Assembly (NCBI GenBank): GCA_001642005.1
Contig: LWCA01000167.1
Coordinates: 1-46,617, forward strand
DNA from: Intoshia linei
Taxonomy: Eukaryota; Animalia; Orthonectida
Reading direction: 5' to 3'
Length of the DNA: 46,617 bases
Shown: positions 1-11,500 of the stretch, one piece after another
How positions within the stretch are numbered: the stretch's first letter is position 1
Layout: each line of letters opens with the position of its first letter
Made by a program: the position numbers and the translations under genes
Notes under the pieces: model-generated
What the model was told of the DNA's origin: nothing
What the model saw: only the letters and a program-made list of their open reading frames with translations
Databases searched by the model: none

Positions 1-1695
1 ATGACTTAAAAGTTATTTTAACAAAAAATATCTAATAAATTTTGGTATATTATGAAATCTCTGTATTGACCATATTCATTGCTAACATGATGAACAAGAT
101 CGTGAATGTTTTGTATTTGAATGAATTTATTGTATTGTAAATAACCAGAATTCGAGAAATTAAATCGTTAATAAAATCTAAAAAAAGTGAGCTAGAAACA
201 AATTTAAACAAATAAACTGTATAACTAAACATGGAGAACAGTATTATATTGGCGGTATCACGTTTAAAGACTCAAACGCCGATTTCCGTTAAAATAAAGT
301 TCAGTTTTAATTTGATTATAATATTTATACAGTGATATTCAAAATGACAAACGCAACTCGAATAGATAGCGTTAAATATTTTTGATTGCGAATTAGTTTT
401 TCTATTTTAAAAGTACACACTTTTAGTGCTAATTGCCCTTGATTCTATGATGGGTTTGATACCCTAATGCACAGTGTGCAATGCACAATAGTATTTATAT
501 CAGTGCACAACTCTGTAAAAACCGATTAGTTCAATAACCATAGGATGTTTAAATGAAATGTTACTTATCCCACTGCTTACTATAAGATTTACGTATTTAC
601 TACTATTTATGTAGAAAAACAGAATTATTTCTAAAAAAATGAAAGTAATGCTAGATAATGTGATATTTTGGTAAACCAATTATTTCCAATTGTGAACCTT
701 GCCGCATTTGTGCCTCCCAGCAAATTTGATGTGTGTCCAGCAAAAAAATTGGAAACGAGCATACATCATTTCACAAAGGTTCAGTTAAATCTTTAATTTT
801 TATTAATTTTAAATCAAATTTTTTTGTTTTTTGTTTTGAAATAAATTTTTTTCTTAAATTATTAAATTTTTATTATTGAAAGAATCTGATTGAAATTTAT
901 ACAACTCTAATTGCAGATTGTGGGACATATTAAAAATTTTTACGTCCATAGAATTATTCAAAACCTCCAATTTAGGTTTAATAGAATCAAAATCAGCAAA
1001 TCTAGTTCGAAATTCTACATCAATATTTAATCATATATTTATTTTTTAATATTTACTTGTTTTACAAAATATGTTACAAAAACTTTCGCGGGCCATGCTT
1101 TGGACCAACCTGACTTATGGTAAAATAATTGCCTTTTTAATTTTACATCATTTTATTAAATAATTTATTATTTTTTTATTTATTTTAAGATAACTGGAAA
1201 TTTTCTACCATATTTTCTAAAATTTTGGGAATGTTTTAATTATTTATTATTATTTAATTATGTTATCATTTATATTTAATTTAAATCAAAATTTAAGAAA
1301 CTAGGCCCACTCAAATTGAGTAATTCAATTTCAAATGATATTTGCTTACACCCAATGTTTTTTTAAGATTTGTCAGATGTTCAAACTTTAATAGAATTTA
1401 TTTAACATGACGAAAGTGTGATTCAATTAGCTAATCTGAAAATTTTTTACTTTTTACAACATTTACTGTCATCTTCCAGCGGTAAAATATAAACAGAATT
1501 ATTTATAACAATGAATATATTATTTATTAGCTCTTTATTTGCAGGACATTTATTTATTGGTGCCCTCGTCACCTTAAACATTTATCACTAGAAACGATTA
1601 ATATTGATATTATATAAAATCAAATATTGATTAATTAATAAAGATATCATTAAAATATATTTAACCCTTAACAATATTTGTCAACATTGCCAAAA

Positions 1696-2306
1696 ATGAC
1701 TGATTTAGACTTACCATCATATCAACCGTTAGAAAAATCATTAGAATATACAACAGACAAATCAATATGTTCAACCATCCGGCCTAAAACAATAGTAGTA
1801 TACGAAGATTCTAGATATAACAAAAAATTCTCTAGGGTAAAGATTATTTTGATTAGCTTAATTATAGTTCTAAAAGTTACCATTATTGGATCCGGTAATT
1901 TTATTTTATTTCAATGTAATATTATTTCTAGTTATATCAATATTTTGTTCATAACGGTCATTTTTTTGTAAATATCCTCGGACAAATAAATATTTCGATA
2001 CTAAAATTGATTTTATAATTTGTATATAATATATTTGCTAAACTTTCATTGTTAATATATTTGATTTTAAAATTTCCTAATTGTCGTCATTTTCTTCCAT
2101 TTAAACCTGAAAACTTAGTTAAAATGGTACAAGACGCACACCGAAAAGTGGCATGTAGAAGATTGTTTATTATGATTGCAATCATAATATTTTTGTTAAT
2201 TTTATTTTCAGGTTAATATATTTTTTACTTGAATATTTATTATTTTTATACAACTTCTATTTTAGCCATTTTTGTTGCAATCTTCCTTGTATACAATTTG
2301 ATATAA
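1696..2306 (+). CDS. Small spliced protein with a C-terminal transmembrane helix (tail-anchored, SNARE-like topology); family not recognised
   Basis: ATG at 1696; donor GTAATT at 1895. Exon ~2119-2211 reads (V)KMVQDAHRKVACRRLFIMIAIIIFLLILFS, and the last exon ~2266-2306 reads AIFVAIFLVYNLI-TAA. Phase-1 junctions are consistent. Whether 1837-1867 is spliced is unclear. Confidence 0.5.
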
Positions 2307-2320
2307 AAATAAATAATCCT

Positions 2321-2720
2321 TCCTTACTTATATAAATAAATATATAATTCTTTGTTGGTCTGTGTGTGTTATCGTTTATTTCAATAACTAACCGTCTTAG
2401 ATTTTAATAAAGTCCACATTTCTATTACAACTTTTTCCGGAGTGAAAGAAAGATATATTTCAACCTCCGAAAATAACATCTTACCTGTCAAAAACCCCAA
2501 TATTCCTTTTTTTTGAAAATCATAAACATTATCATATATTTAAATTTAAAAAAAATATATCTTCAGGACCAAAACCACAAATTACCTATTTTTTAAATGA
2601 AAACAGCCATAGAATTTAAAAAAATTACAAGTGGTACAGTTCTATCCTGTTAATTCATACAAAAAAATTCAATTTAAATAAGTAACGCCGTCACAGTTAA
2701 AAAATCAGTTTAGTATTCAG
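2321..2720 (+). mobile_element. Non-autonomous Helitron family copy (5' end plus internal modules)
   Basis: Starts TCCTTACTTATATAA, followed by a GT-rich tract. Body is shared with copies at 24927, 29211, 31513 and 35330 (e.g. AATGAAAACAGCC, TCAAAAACCCCAA). Confidence 0.75.
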
Positions 2721-3164
2721 TATTTTTTTTTAATTGGATTTGGGAAATAATTGGGAAATTCGGTTTTTGACCATGAAGGAGTCAAACTCTGAAACTGAAA
2801 AATTAGAATAGTTAGTAAAATACTTAAAAATTGTACATTATTATGTTTCACGGGTCGTTATGAAAAATATCCATAGGGTTTAAAATGATATCTATAGTAA
2901 ATATTTTTGACAAATACCTAACGGTTCGTTAGTCTGTCATTTATAGCTACCTACAATTTCCATCTGACCCGAGCCTACTCCTGACTCTCTATAGCTCTGA
3001 TCAAACCATATCCACAGTATCTTATCATTACATTGTAGGAAATAAAGCTATATTCTAACTTTCATAGAAAATTTTGGTATGGATCTTTTAAAAATGCTAA
3101 TTACGTTTCATAGTTTTTAGTTTCATATTTATTATTTAAATATTACATAAATTAACAACAAATA

Positions 3165-3770
3165 TTAAACAGTAATGTGAGAAATTTTAATAAACGTATT
3201 TTTATTTATGTATTTTGTTTGCCAAAAGTTTTTATTATAGGCAGGCTTTAAAGTTTGAAATAGAATATATACTTGAAAACAAATGGTGGTCAAAATATTT
3301 GAAAAATTGGAACAATCTTGACAAAATCCATATAAAAATAATTCGATCAACAATGTCGATATCACATGTTTTTCATATTTAATAATATATTGGGCAATAC
3401 TTTCATGTCCAGCGTTCGTCCAATAAGACATGTTTATAGGTATTATTAACAATGGGATGATTAAATTGAAAATAATGAAATTAGTCCAAAAGCATATAGT
3501 AGCGTTTACTTGCAATGGTTCGGAAAATATTAAATCATAGATTCTATTGTAAACAAATAACAATGTAGGAAATATTATTGGGCCAATTAAATAATAAATG
3601 TTCAGTGAATGTAGATAAATAGCGTCATAAAAAGATTCTGTTAATGTTGTCCGTGATGATCTGAATAAATGTGTTGTAAAGCTTAGTGGTATTCCAAAGA
3701 ATTGTGTTTCATTAACATATTCTATGTCCATGTATGGGTTTTTGTATGAAATAATCATTGGTAGAACCAC
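3165..3770 (-). CDS. Orphan multi-pass membrane protein exon (about 200 aa); 5' end uncertain
   Basis: A 606-nt open frame in very AT-rich DNA with several hydrophobic segments. Splice acceptors TATTAG (3770/3771) and TTTAG (3778/3779) precede it; in-frame ATG at 3758. Confidence 0.6.
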   Translation of the reverse strand: MVLPMIISYKNPYMDIEYVNETQFFGIPLSFTTHLFRSSRTTLTESFYDAIYLHSLNIYYLIGPIIFPTLLFVYNRIYDLIFSEPLQVNATICFWTNFIIFNLIIPLLIIPINMSYWTNAGHESIAQYIIKYEKHVISTLLIELFLYGFCQDCSNFSNILTTICFQVYILFQTLKPAYNKNFWQTKYINKNTFIKISHITV

Positions 3771-4287
3771 TAATACACTAAATTAATGATTTAAAATATA
3801 TTACATCTGAATGCATTGTAAATTGTCGAATGTAAGTGGTATTTTTTTACTGACTAAACGCAATTAGTGTAATTATTTTCAACATGTGGAAATTTTAGCA
3901 AAATTTCAGGGAAATCTGGATTGATTCAAACATTTAAATTATATTTTTTGTGTCTCATGGTGGAAATTTAAGTTTCATATAGAACGGTCAATTTATACAA
4001 ATACAGTAAACCTGTTCAATATGAATATGGCTTAATTTAAACAAAATTACAAAACACAAAAATTACATCAAAATATTTAAATCCATTCTTTGTTCGAAAA
4101 TATTTATATAACTCCCTAGAACACTAGAATTATGTGTAGTTTTTGGAACTATATAAAGTATATTTATACATTATGTTTACACAATTCTAGTTTATTTCTT
4201 GTAATCTAAAAAAAGCATTATGAAATTAAAATATTTCATGCCAAAACCATTATGTAAATCACACAAATATAATGATGGCCATACATC

Positions 4288-4369
4288 TAGTGATTGTGAT
4301 TTCCCGGGAAATGACAAAAGTCGAGAACCGGGAAATTTTGTCCCGGTTTTTTTCCCGGCACAATCACTA
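4288..4369. mobile_element. 82-bp miniature inverted-repeat element, hAT-like ends
   Basis: Perfect 11-bp TIR TAGTGATTGTG...CACAATCACTA and four internal CCCGG/CCGGG subterminal motifs; no clear TSD. Confidence 0.6.
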
Positions 4370-5567
4370 ATTATCGTGTCGCATGAAGATAACGACGCAT
4401 GGTAGTAACATTTCGTTTTTTTGTCAAATTATTTTTACATTTTCATGTATTCCTCTCTCTTCCACTACACTATACATCTTACCTAACACATGTCTACGGT
4501 TGCAATCTCTTAATTTAAATATTGTTCTTCAATATCCAGTATTTTCATTTCTATTTAATTAATTTGCTATTTACTATACCATCTCAATATTTTCCGTTTA
4601 ATTTTTAATTTAATTTTTATTAACCAAATAAGTGAAAAAATCTGATAAGAACAAAAAGTAATAAAAAATATATTGATAAAAATAGTTTAAATTAATCGTG
4701 ACATGTCAATCAATTTTATCACGATGATTATAATCAGGTTTGTTTTTATCACGATTTTAATTAAACTGAAATTAAAACTTAAAAATTAATAGAAATGTGT
4801 GATTTAACATTATTCTTTTTATATGAAATTTTTCAATTTCATAATGCAATCTTTTGCAGCTATTGCCTTAATGTATATAATATATTATACCACGTTGAAA
4901 CTCATCTTCCTTGAGTTATATCCTTGATTTAATTGATCTATATTAGTGATATATTTTCTATTTTTTTATATAATTTAATGTGTTCGTTAATGCGGGAGCT
5001 CGTTAAGCAAGGTTTTACTGTACTATCAATTTTAGTTTATTTAGAGTTATCTGTTCAAAATATGTTTTTGCTATAATTTGAAATAAAGTACAATTTATTG
5101 TAAACTAATACAATTTTAAATTTTGAAAAAAATAATACATTACTAAATAATATTTTTAAGAAAATTGTCATATATATAACTGTGAGCGATATATTGTTCA
5201 AAACTTTAGAGGCGATGCCTCAGGGTTTTTTTTAACATTTGATAGGTAAGATTTGGTGCAAATTGAATATTTCCAAAATGTTCATATGGCGGAAGGCTGT
5301 ACTTTTGATATAAAAATTCGTTCACATCCCTAATATACATGTTATATATATTAAGTATATGATATTAAGTGATTATAATTATCGTGATCAAAATTGATTG
5401 ACGCGATTTTATTATAATTTAATTATTATTATATTTTAACATAATCAACGAATGTTTTAAATAGAAGTTGTTCGTCTTTAAATTGATATATACATTGGTA
5501 TGCGATAATTATGTTTAAAAAATCGTGTTAAAAATAAAAATTTAATTAAGTTAAACAATGAAAATTA

Positions 5568-8500
5568 TTATTTTTTTTTATTCTTACAATTTTTGCTATT
5601 TCTTGGTTCAATAAGAGGTAAACTACGTAACAAGGTCTTTTGTTGGTCACTATTTATAATATGCAAAGAACATTCTTGTAAGAATCCACTCGCCTTAATA
5701 TTGACTGTTAAAGGGTATTTTCTCCCATCAACCATTAACTTTATATTCAAATTAACAAAATCGGCAAGGTAAATAGTTAAATCGATGTAAAATTCAATGG
5801 ATGAATTATTCTCGATTATTCCTTTCAATGGATGTACATTTAAACTGACATTTTCCTTTTCATTCGTTTCATTTATAAATTTTTCGTCTATTGCAAAGGT
5901 TAAGCTTTCTTTTTCATCATTAACTAATCTCACAACAGTTGATATCGAGTTACCTAAAATAAAAATGATAAATTAAAAAAAATGAATAAATTAAAATTAC
6001 CAATCAAAATATCATCAAAATTAATGAAGGTCTGATCAAAAGCAATATGAGGTTCTCTAATGTTACCTACCATTAAAATATCGACTACGTTGTCCCCTTT
6101 TACCAAACTATTCGTTTGATGGTCGGAAAATGACGTTTCATCACTTTCAAAAATACTAAGTTGCCACAATGATTCAACTATACCAATACTATTATAGCAA
6201 CATTTTACATGGATAGTTTTTATTTTATTAGCCTCTATTGATCCTATTTTTTCACTAATTAAAAATACATTATTTACATCACTATAATTTTTATCATCAA
6301 TATTTTCAACTAGATAATTTAAATCATGATTGGTTGGGTTTATAATAATAAAAGATATTATCTTTTCCTTTGATAATCCAACAATATTCCACTCCATACA
6401 TTCTGTTTTATTATAAAATGAACATTCATTATGAAGTATAAGTGATGGACCCATACTCAATCTTTCATTACGAGAATGAGTTATATAATCTGAGAAATTC
6501 ATTAATTTCAAAAATGCTTTGCCAACAATCACTTTGTGTTTATTAATTTGCAGCGAATTGTCTCCAAATATTTCATCAACTAAACCTAAAATACCATCTT
6601 CGACAGTAGGATTTTCAATCTCAACTAAATTTTCTGATTGTTGAGTAAATGAAGGACATAAAAATAATATTAGAGTAGATACTGACGCTTCATTGTTTTC
6701 AGTATATTTTGGTTCAGGTATCACGTCCAATCTTTTTCGTTGGGTTGTTAGTTTTGTATTTTCATCAACCCGCGATATCCATTTTATATGAGTTAGTAAA
6801 TTGTTCCAAATTGGTACCTAAAAAAGTATTATAAAAAACAGTAAAAAATAATACATTGTATACTGTGCAATAGGGTTATATCTTATTGTCTATTTTAGAA
6901 ATGGCATATATGGGCGATAAATGCTGTTCAATTTCCCCAGTATACAAAGTATATTATACATTGAAAAATGTACATACAACTTATACAACTAAAAACTAAA
7001 AATCAATTTTATTCACTACAAAAAGTAAATCTTAAATTCCTAATTTATCCTTTTAACAAATATCTTTTTGTTATATTTGTAGAACATTTGTTAAAAAATT
7101 TCTAAATAAGCAATTGTGGAATATTATTTGATTTCCGTCCATAATAACATGTACATAAGATTTTTTACTTTGTATTATGTAACTATTTGTGATCAAGATT
7201 ACACTTAAATTTAAAAATATAATTACATTGTCTTTTGTGTAGGAAATAGGGATCATTTTAATAGATATGGGTATTTCGTTGACTTCATTTTGGAATGTTA
7301 CCGTAATTTCCAAATAATGAGTAGATTGAGGCAGTATATGCCCAATATCTGGAGATATGCTTATTGTAGCTCCAGAATTATCAGGTAAATTGACACTCCA
7401 TCTGTAAATCACATTCGAGTTATTAATCAGAGTAGCATATTTGAAATATTCCCTTTCCTTTGAAATGTCGTTAAACTTGATTTCATTTTCTCTAGTTGGT
7501 CTAAATCCTTACTTGTATAAAATAAAAGTTACTATAAATGTGTGAGTGTATGTCTGTAACTATATGTTTATATAGTGTTACATGATAGTAAACATTTTCA
7601 TAAAGTTTAAAAAAAAATCGTAGCGAATAACCTTTTTTACAGATAATATATAACAGAAATTTCAATCTCAGAACTTTGCACATTCCCGGTGACAATTGCA
7701 TATAAAAATTTATCATTCAAAACTTTTTAAATCTTTATCCTAACTTATATAAAAATTTACATGTGTCTGTTTACTGTAAAAAATTAAGAGAATTAGAATT
7801 TAAAAAAAATTAATTTATAGTAAAGATTTTCGAGAATGACTTAATTAATTAATATCTTCAGGGTCCAAAAAGCACTTTAATATTGATTTTTTTGTTTGGT
7901 AATTATACACAGTAATTTGACAAAGTACAGTAGTTAGTAATGTAGATAGTAATTAGGTAAGTATTAACAAAAAATATTCAATAATTAATAGTCCCAGAAT
8001 TTAAAAAAAATTATTCTAATTGATCTAGATCAGTCATTCTCAACGGGTCCACAACACTTTTTTGGGGGTCCATGAAAATTATATACATGTATTACATATT
8101 ATATATTTAACTGATTTATTTGATATGACTTTCCACAAAATTATCTGGAACTATAGAAAGTTTCACGACTTTATTTTATTGCTTCCCATCAACGTATTTA
8201 GTTAATTGTGGATTCAGTTACGTAGTTTTATTATCAAAAAAAAGGAGATCTAAGGATAGCTTTATCAAATTTATAATCTGATATAGAAACTATTTGTAAA
8301 AAAATCAATGCCAAAGATCTCATTAATTAAATATAATATAATGTTAGTACATTCTACTGTAAGTATATATATTAATGTATTAAAATTTAAAAATTTGTTA
8401 AAAAGTTCATTAACTTTATCATCTCGAAAAACTAGAGTACTCCATCTCATTTGGGATTATTCGTTTCACCCAAATGTAATGATTCATTAAAAATTGTAAT

Positions 8501-11500
8501 TATTATTCATTTTTTTGGGGGTTCACAGGTTTTTTATATCATCTTAGGGGTCCACCGCGAAAAAAAGTTAAAATTTTCTGATCTAGATGAAAAATTTCAA
8601 CATCACAAATCTAAGCTCTCCCTGTGAAACAAATACTTTACCAATAACAAATTAACAAATTTCAAATACTTACCCACCAAAATTTTTCAAATTTTTGAAT
8701 TAAAATTAAAAATTAAAATATTTATCCTACAATTTCAAAAACAAAGGAAATTAACCGTATACAAATTTTAAATACAAAAATATGAGTTTCAATCTCATAA
8801 ATTGATTCCTTTTGTTTTTTTATCATTACTACGCAATTTCTCATTTTGATTTTCAAAAATTTAGTTTAGAATCAACTCAAGTATAACTTTGTTTGTATAA
8901 TTTTGAAATTTATTTTAATATTGGTATTTGGTAACATTACATTGTATTTTTATGGAATTCAGGTTATTTATGACAATTCTTTAGGATTTTAATTATAGTT
9001 TTATTGTTTTTAAGATTATAAACTCATTTTCTATAAATACAATTAATTATAAATAATACTCAATTAAAAAATTTAAAAAGTCGCCCTCAGCAGAACCAGC
9101 TGCTGTTTGTACGAAGTACATAATATGGAAGCTATTAAATATATATATAAATATTTAGGTGAAAGTTTAAGTTAACATATTAATACAATTACAACAAAAT
9201 AATAATTATATATTATACATGTATTTAATTATGTATATTAGCCAAAATCAATAGAATAAGAAAAATTAAAATGATACGTCTTAATAGAGATTCCTCGCTT
9301 TACAAAATTAATTTTGTCTTTCTGTGAACCCTGATTACTTTGTAAACTTTCTGCATTATTATCAAGAAAATTATCAGATTGGGTTGATTTTTTACGTCGT
9401 GGTTCAATGTAGTTTGGTTTAGAAAAGTCAACGTGATTCAGATCAAAAGATTCATTCTGATTGTAATTATCGATAGAAGTAATAATTAAATCAGAACTAA
9501 TACACTCACCAACAAGTTGAATAATTATATCATCATAAGGATTATCAAAAACACATATTTGCAATTGACCATATATTATTCCAAATTTCTCTGCATAATA
9601 GACTATACTAATTTCCACCTTTTCGTCTTCATTTATTTGTAAATTCAACGTTTTGATAGCCTTATGATTGCTTGTATCATTATTTAAACCTTTTTCTATT
9701 TCAAACTGATCTTGGGTATCAATGACGTTTATCTGAACCTATTTAATAAAATAATAAATATAAATAATGCACAAATTAGCAACTGCGGTCCGCAGTTACT
9801 AAAATTATAATTACGTTAGCAATCATAGTTCCATCATTGTGTAGAACAAGTTTTTGCGTTTGAGAGCAAAATAGAGGCAATTTATTGAAAACAATTATTG
9901 ATGTTTCGTCGTGATTCAAAGTACTTGGCTTTTGTATCGTAATATGCGGCAGCACACCTTCTCCCATTAAATCCACCCCTAAAGCTTTATTTTTACCGGT
10001 CAAAGAACTCCCATCGACTAATATTTCCAAATGTCCATAATAAGTCTAAAAAGAAGAATTAATTTAAAATAAATTCACAAAAAGCATTCTACATAGGATT
10101 AAAAAAAATTATTACCAACAATGACGTGGGCGTAAATTTGATACTAGGATATGCAATAGAATTGGCTTCAATGTGTATTTTATTAGGTTCAATGACGTAA
10201 TAATCTGCTACTCTTTGTAGAGCCGATTGTCTTCCAAAACCAGTGCTAGTTGCAGCACCACTCCCTGTACCACCAGTTCCACCCCGATTTCCAGATGTTG
10301 ATTTAATAATTAAACTCAAATCACAGGGGACCATTTCTCTATTTATTAATTTTATTCTTGTAGTACGCTGAGTACCGATCATGACATTACTAAAAAGTAT
10401 TTTATTTTCCAAAATTCCATACACACAAAGAGAATTTATAGTTTTAGGGCGTTTCCAAATTTCTAAACTTTCAACAATTTGCTGTTCTTCATAAACATTA
10501 AAAACGTTGTTCATATCCACGTTGGGCCATGCAGCATCAGCAATCAGTCTATATATTAAAGTTTCCTCATTAACTTCAACATTTCTGCCACTAATATCAA
10601 CTACCAACTCTTCATTCCAAAACCCGGTTGTTTCGGCTGCACATTCTACTGTTATTATTTGAGATGATGATGGCTGTATGACACCTATAGCTGGTGTAAT
10701 TATAAAGGGACCAACCACCAATCTTGATTGTACATTTGCTGCCAAAGTATTAAAGTTAGCTAACGCGGATTTAACAGCTGTTTCAGTTCCGCCATGGGGT
10801 GCATTTTGATTTTGAGTTACGCTTGCATTGGCGTTTGATGATATTTTTTCTGGTGCATTTTTGTCCAAACTAGCTATTGCATTTGCAGATCCCCCGTTTG
10901 CATTTATTTGTGGTACGTTTAATCTAAACAGTTTTAAGTTTCAAATAAATTATGATACATTAAAGCCGTAATTCTCAACCTTTTTTGAACTATCGCTCAG
11001 GCTGAGAATCCCAGCATTGAATAATTAAAAATTTTAAAATTTTTAGATTATTCCAAGATATTTCAGACCATTTTTTTTGTTCAAAAATTTATCAAACATG
11101 TAAGTTGATAAAAAATTTTTTTAAAACATGATCCGTTATTTTATATACAATAAAAACCTTTCAAAATTATTTTTTATAATTAAATGAGTTAAAATAATCA
11201 TAATTACTGAGTAGAATCAATATTTTTCCCACCATCAATTTTAATTGCAGGTGAAATCGTTGACTTTCCATGTTTTTTATCGATTTGTGTGTTTCGTTTG
11301 ATAGTGGTTGGAATACTTATTAATTGGCTTTTCTTATAAATGCTATACCGAAAATCAAACCGATCTCCAATATTTTCTATGGTGAATTTACGAGACTTTT
11401 TATTGCCAACCACAATTGTACCAAAATTGATATCATTTTGTGGAACAATTTTATATCTAGATAATAAAATTGACATTATAATTTACAAGTATTATACAAT

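Noticed and set aside
50-232. 60-aa minus-strand ORF
   Set aside because: No recognisable motif or splice context; expected by chance.
2682-2715. GTGAC-GCC-GTCAC-like hairpin followed by TTAG|T as an internal second Helitron terminator
   Set aside because: It aligns with the ordinary module motif and the stem is broken in the other copies (31927, 35863), so end-bypass cannot be supported.
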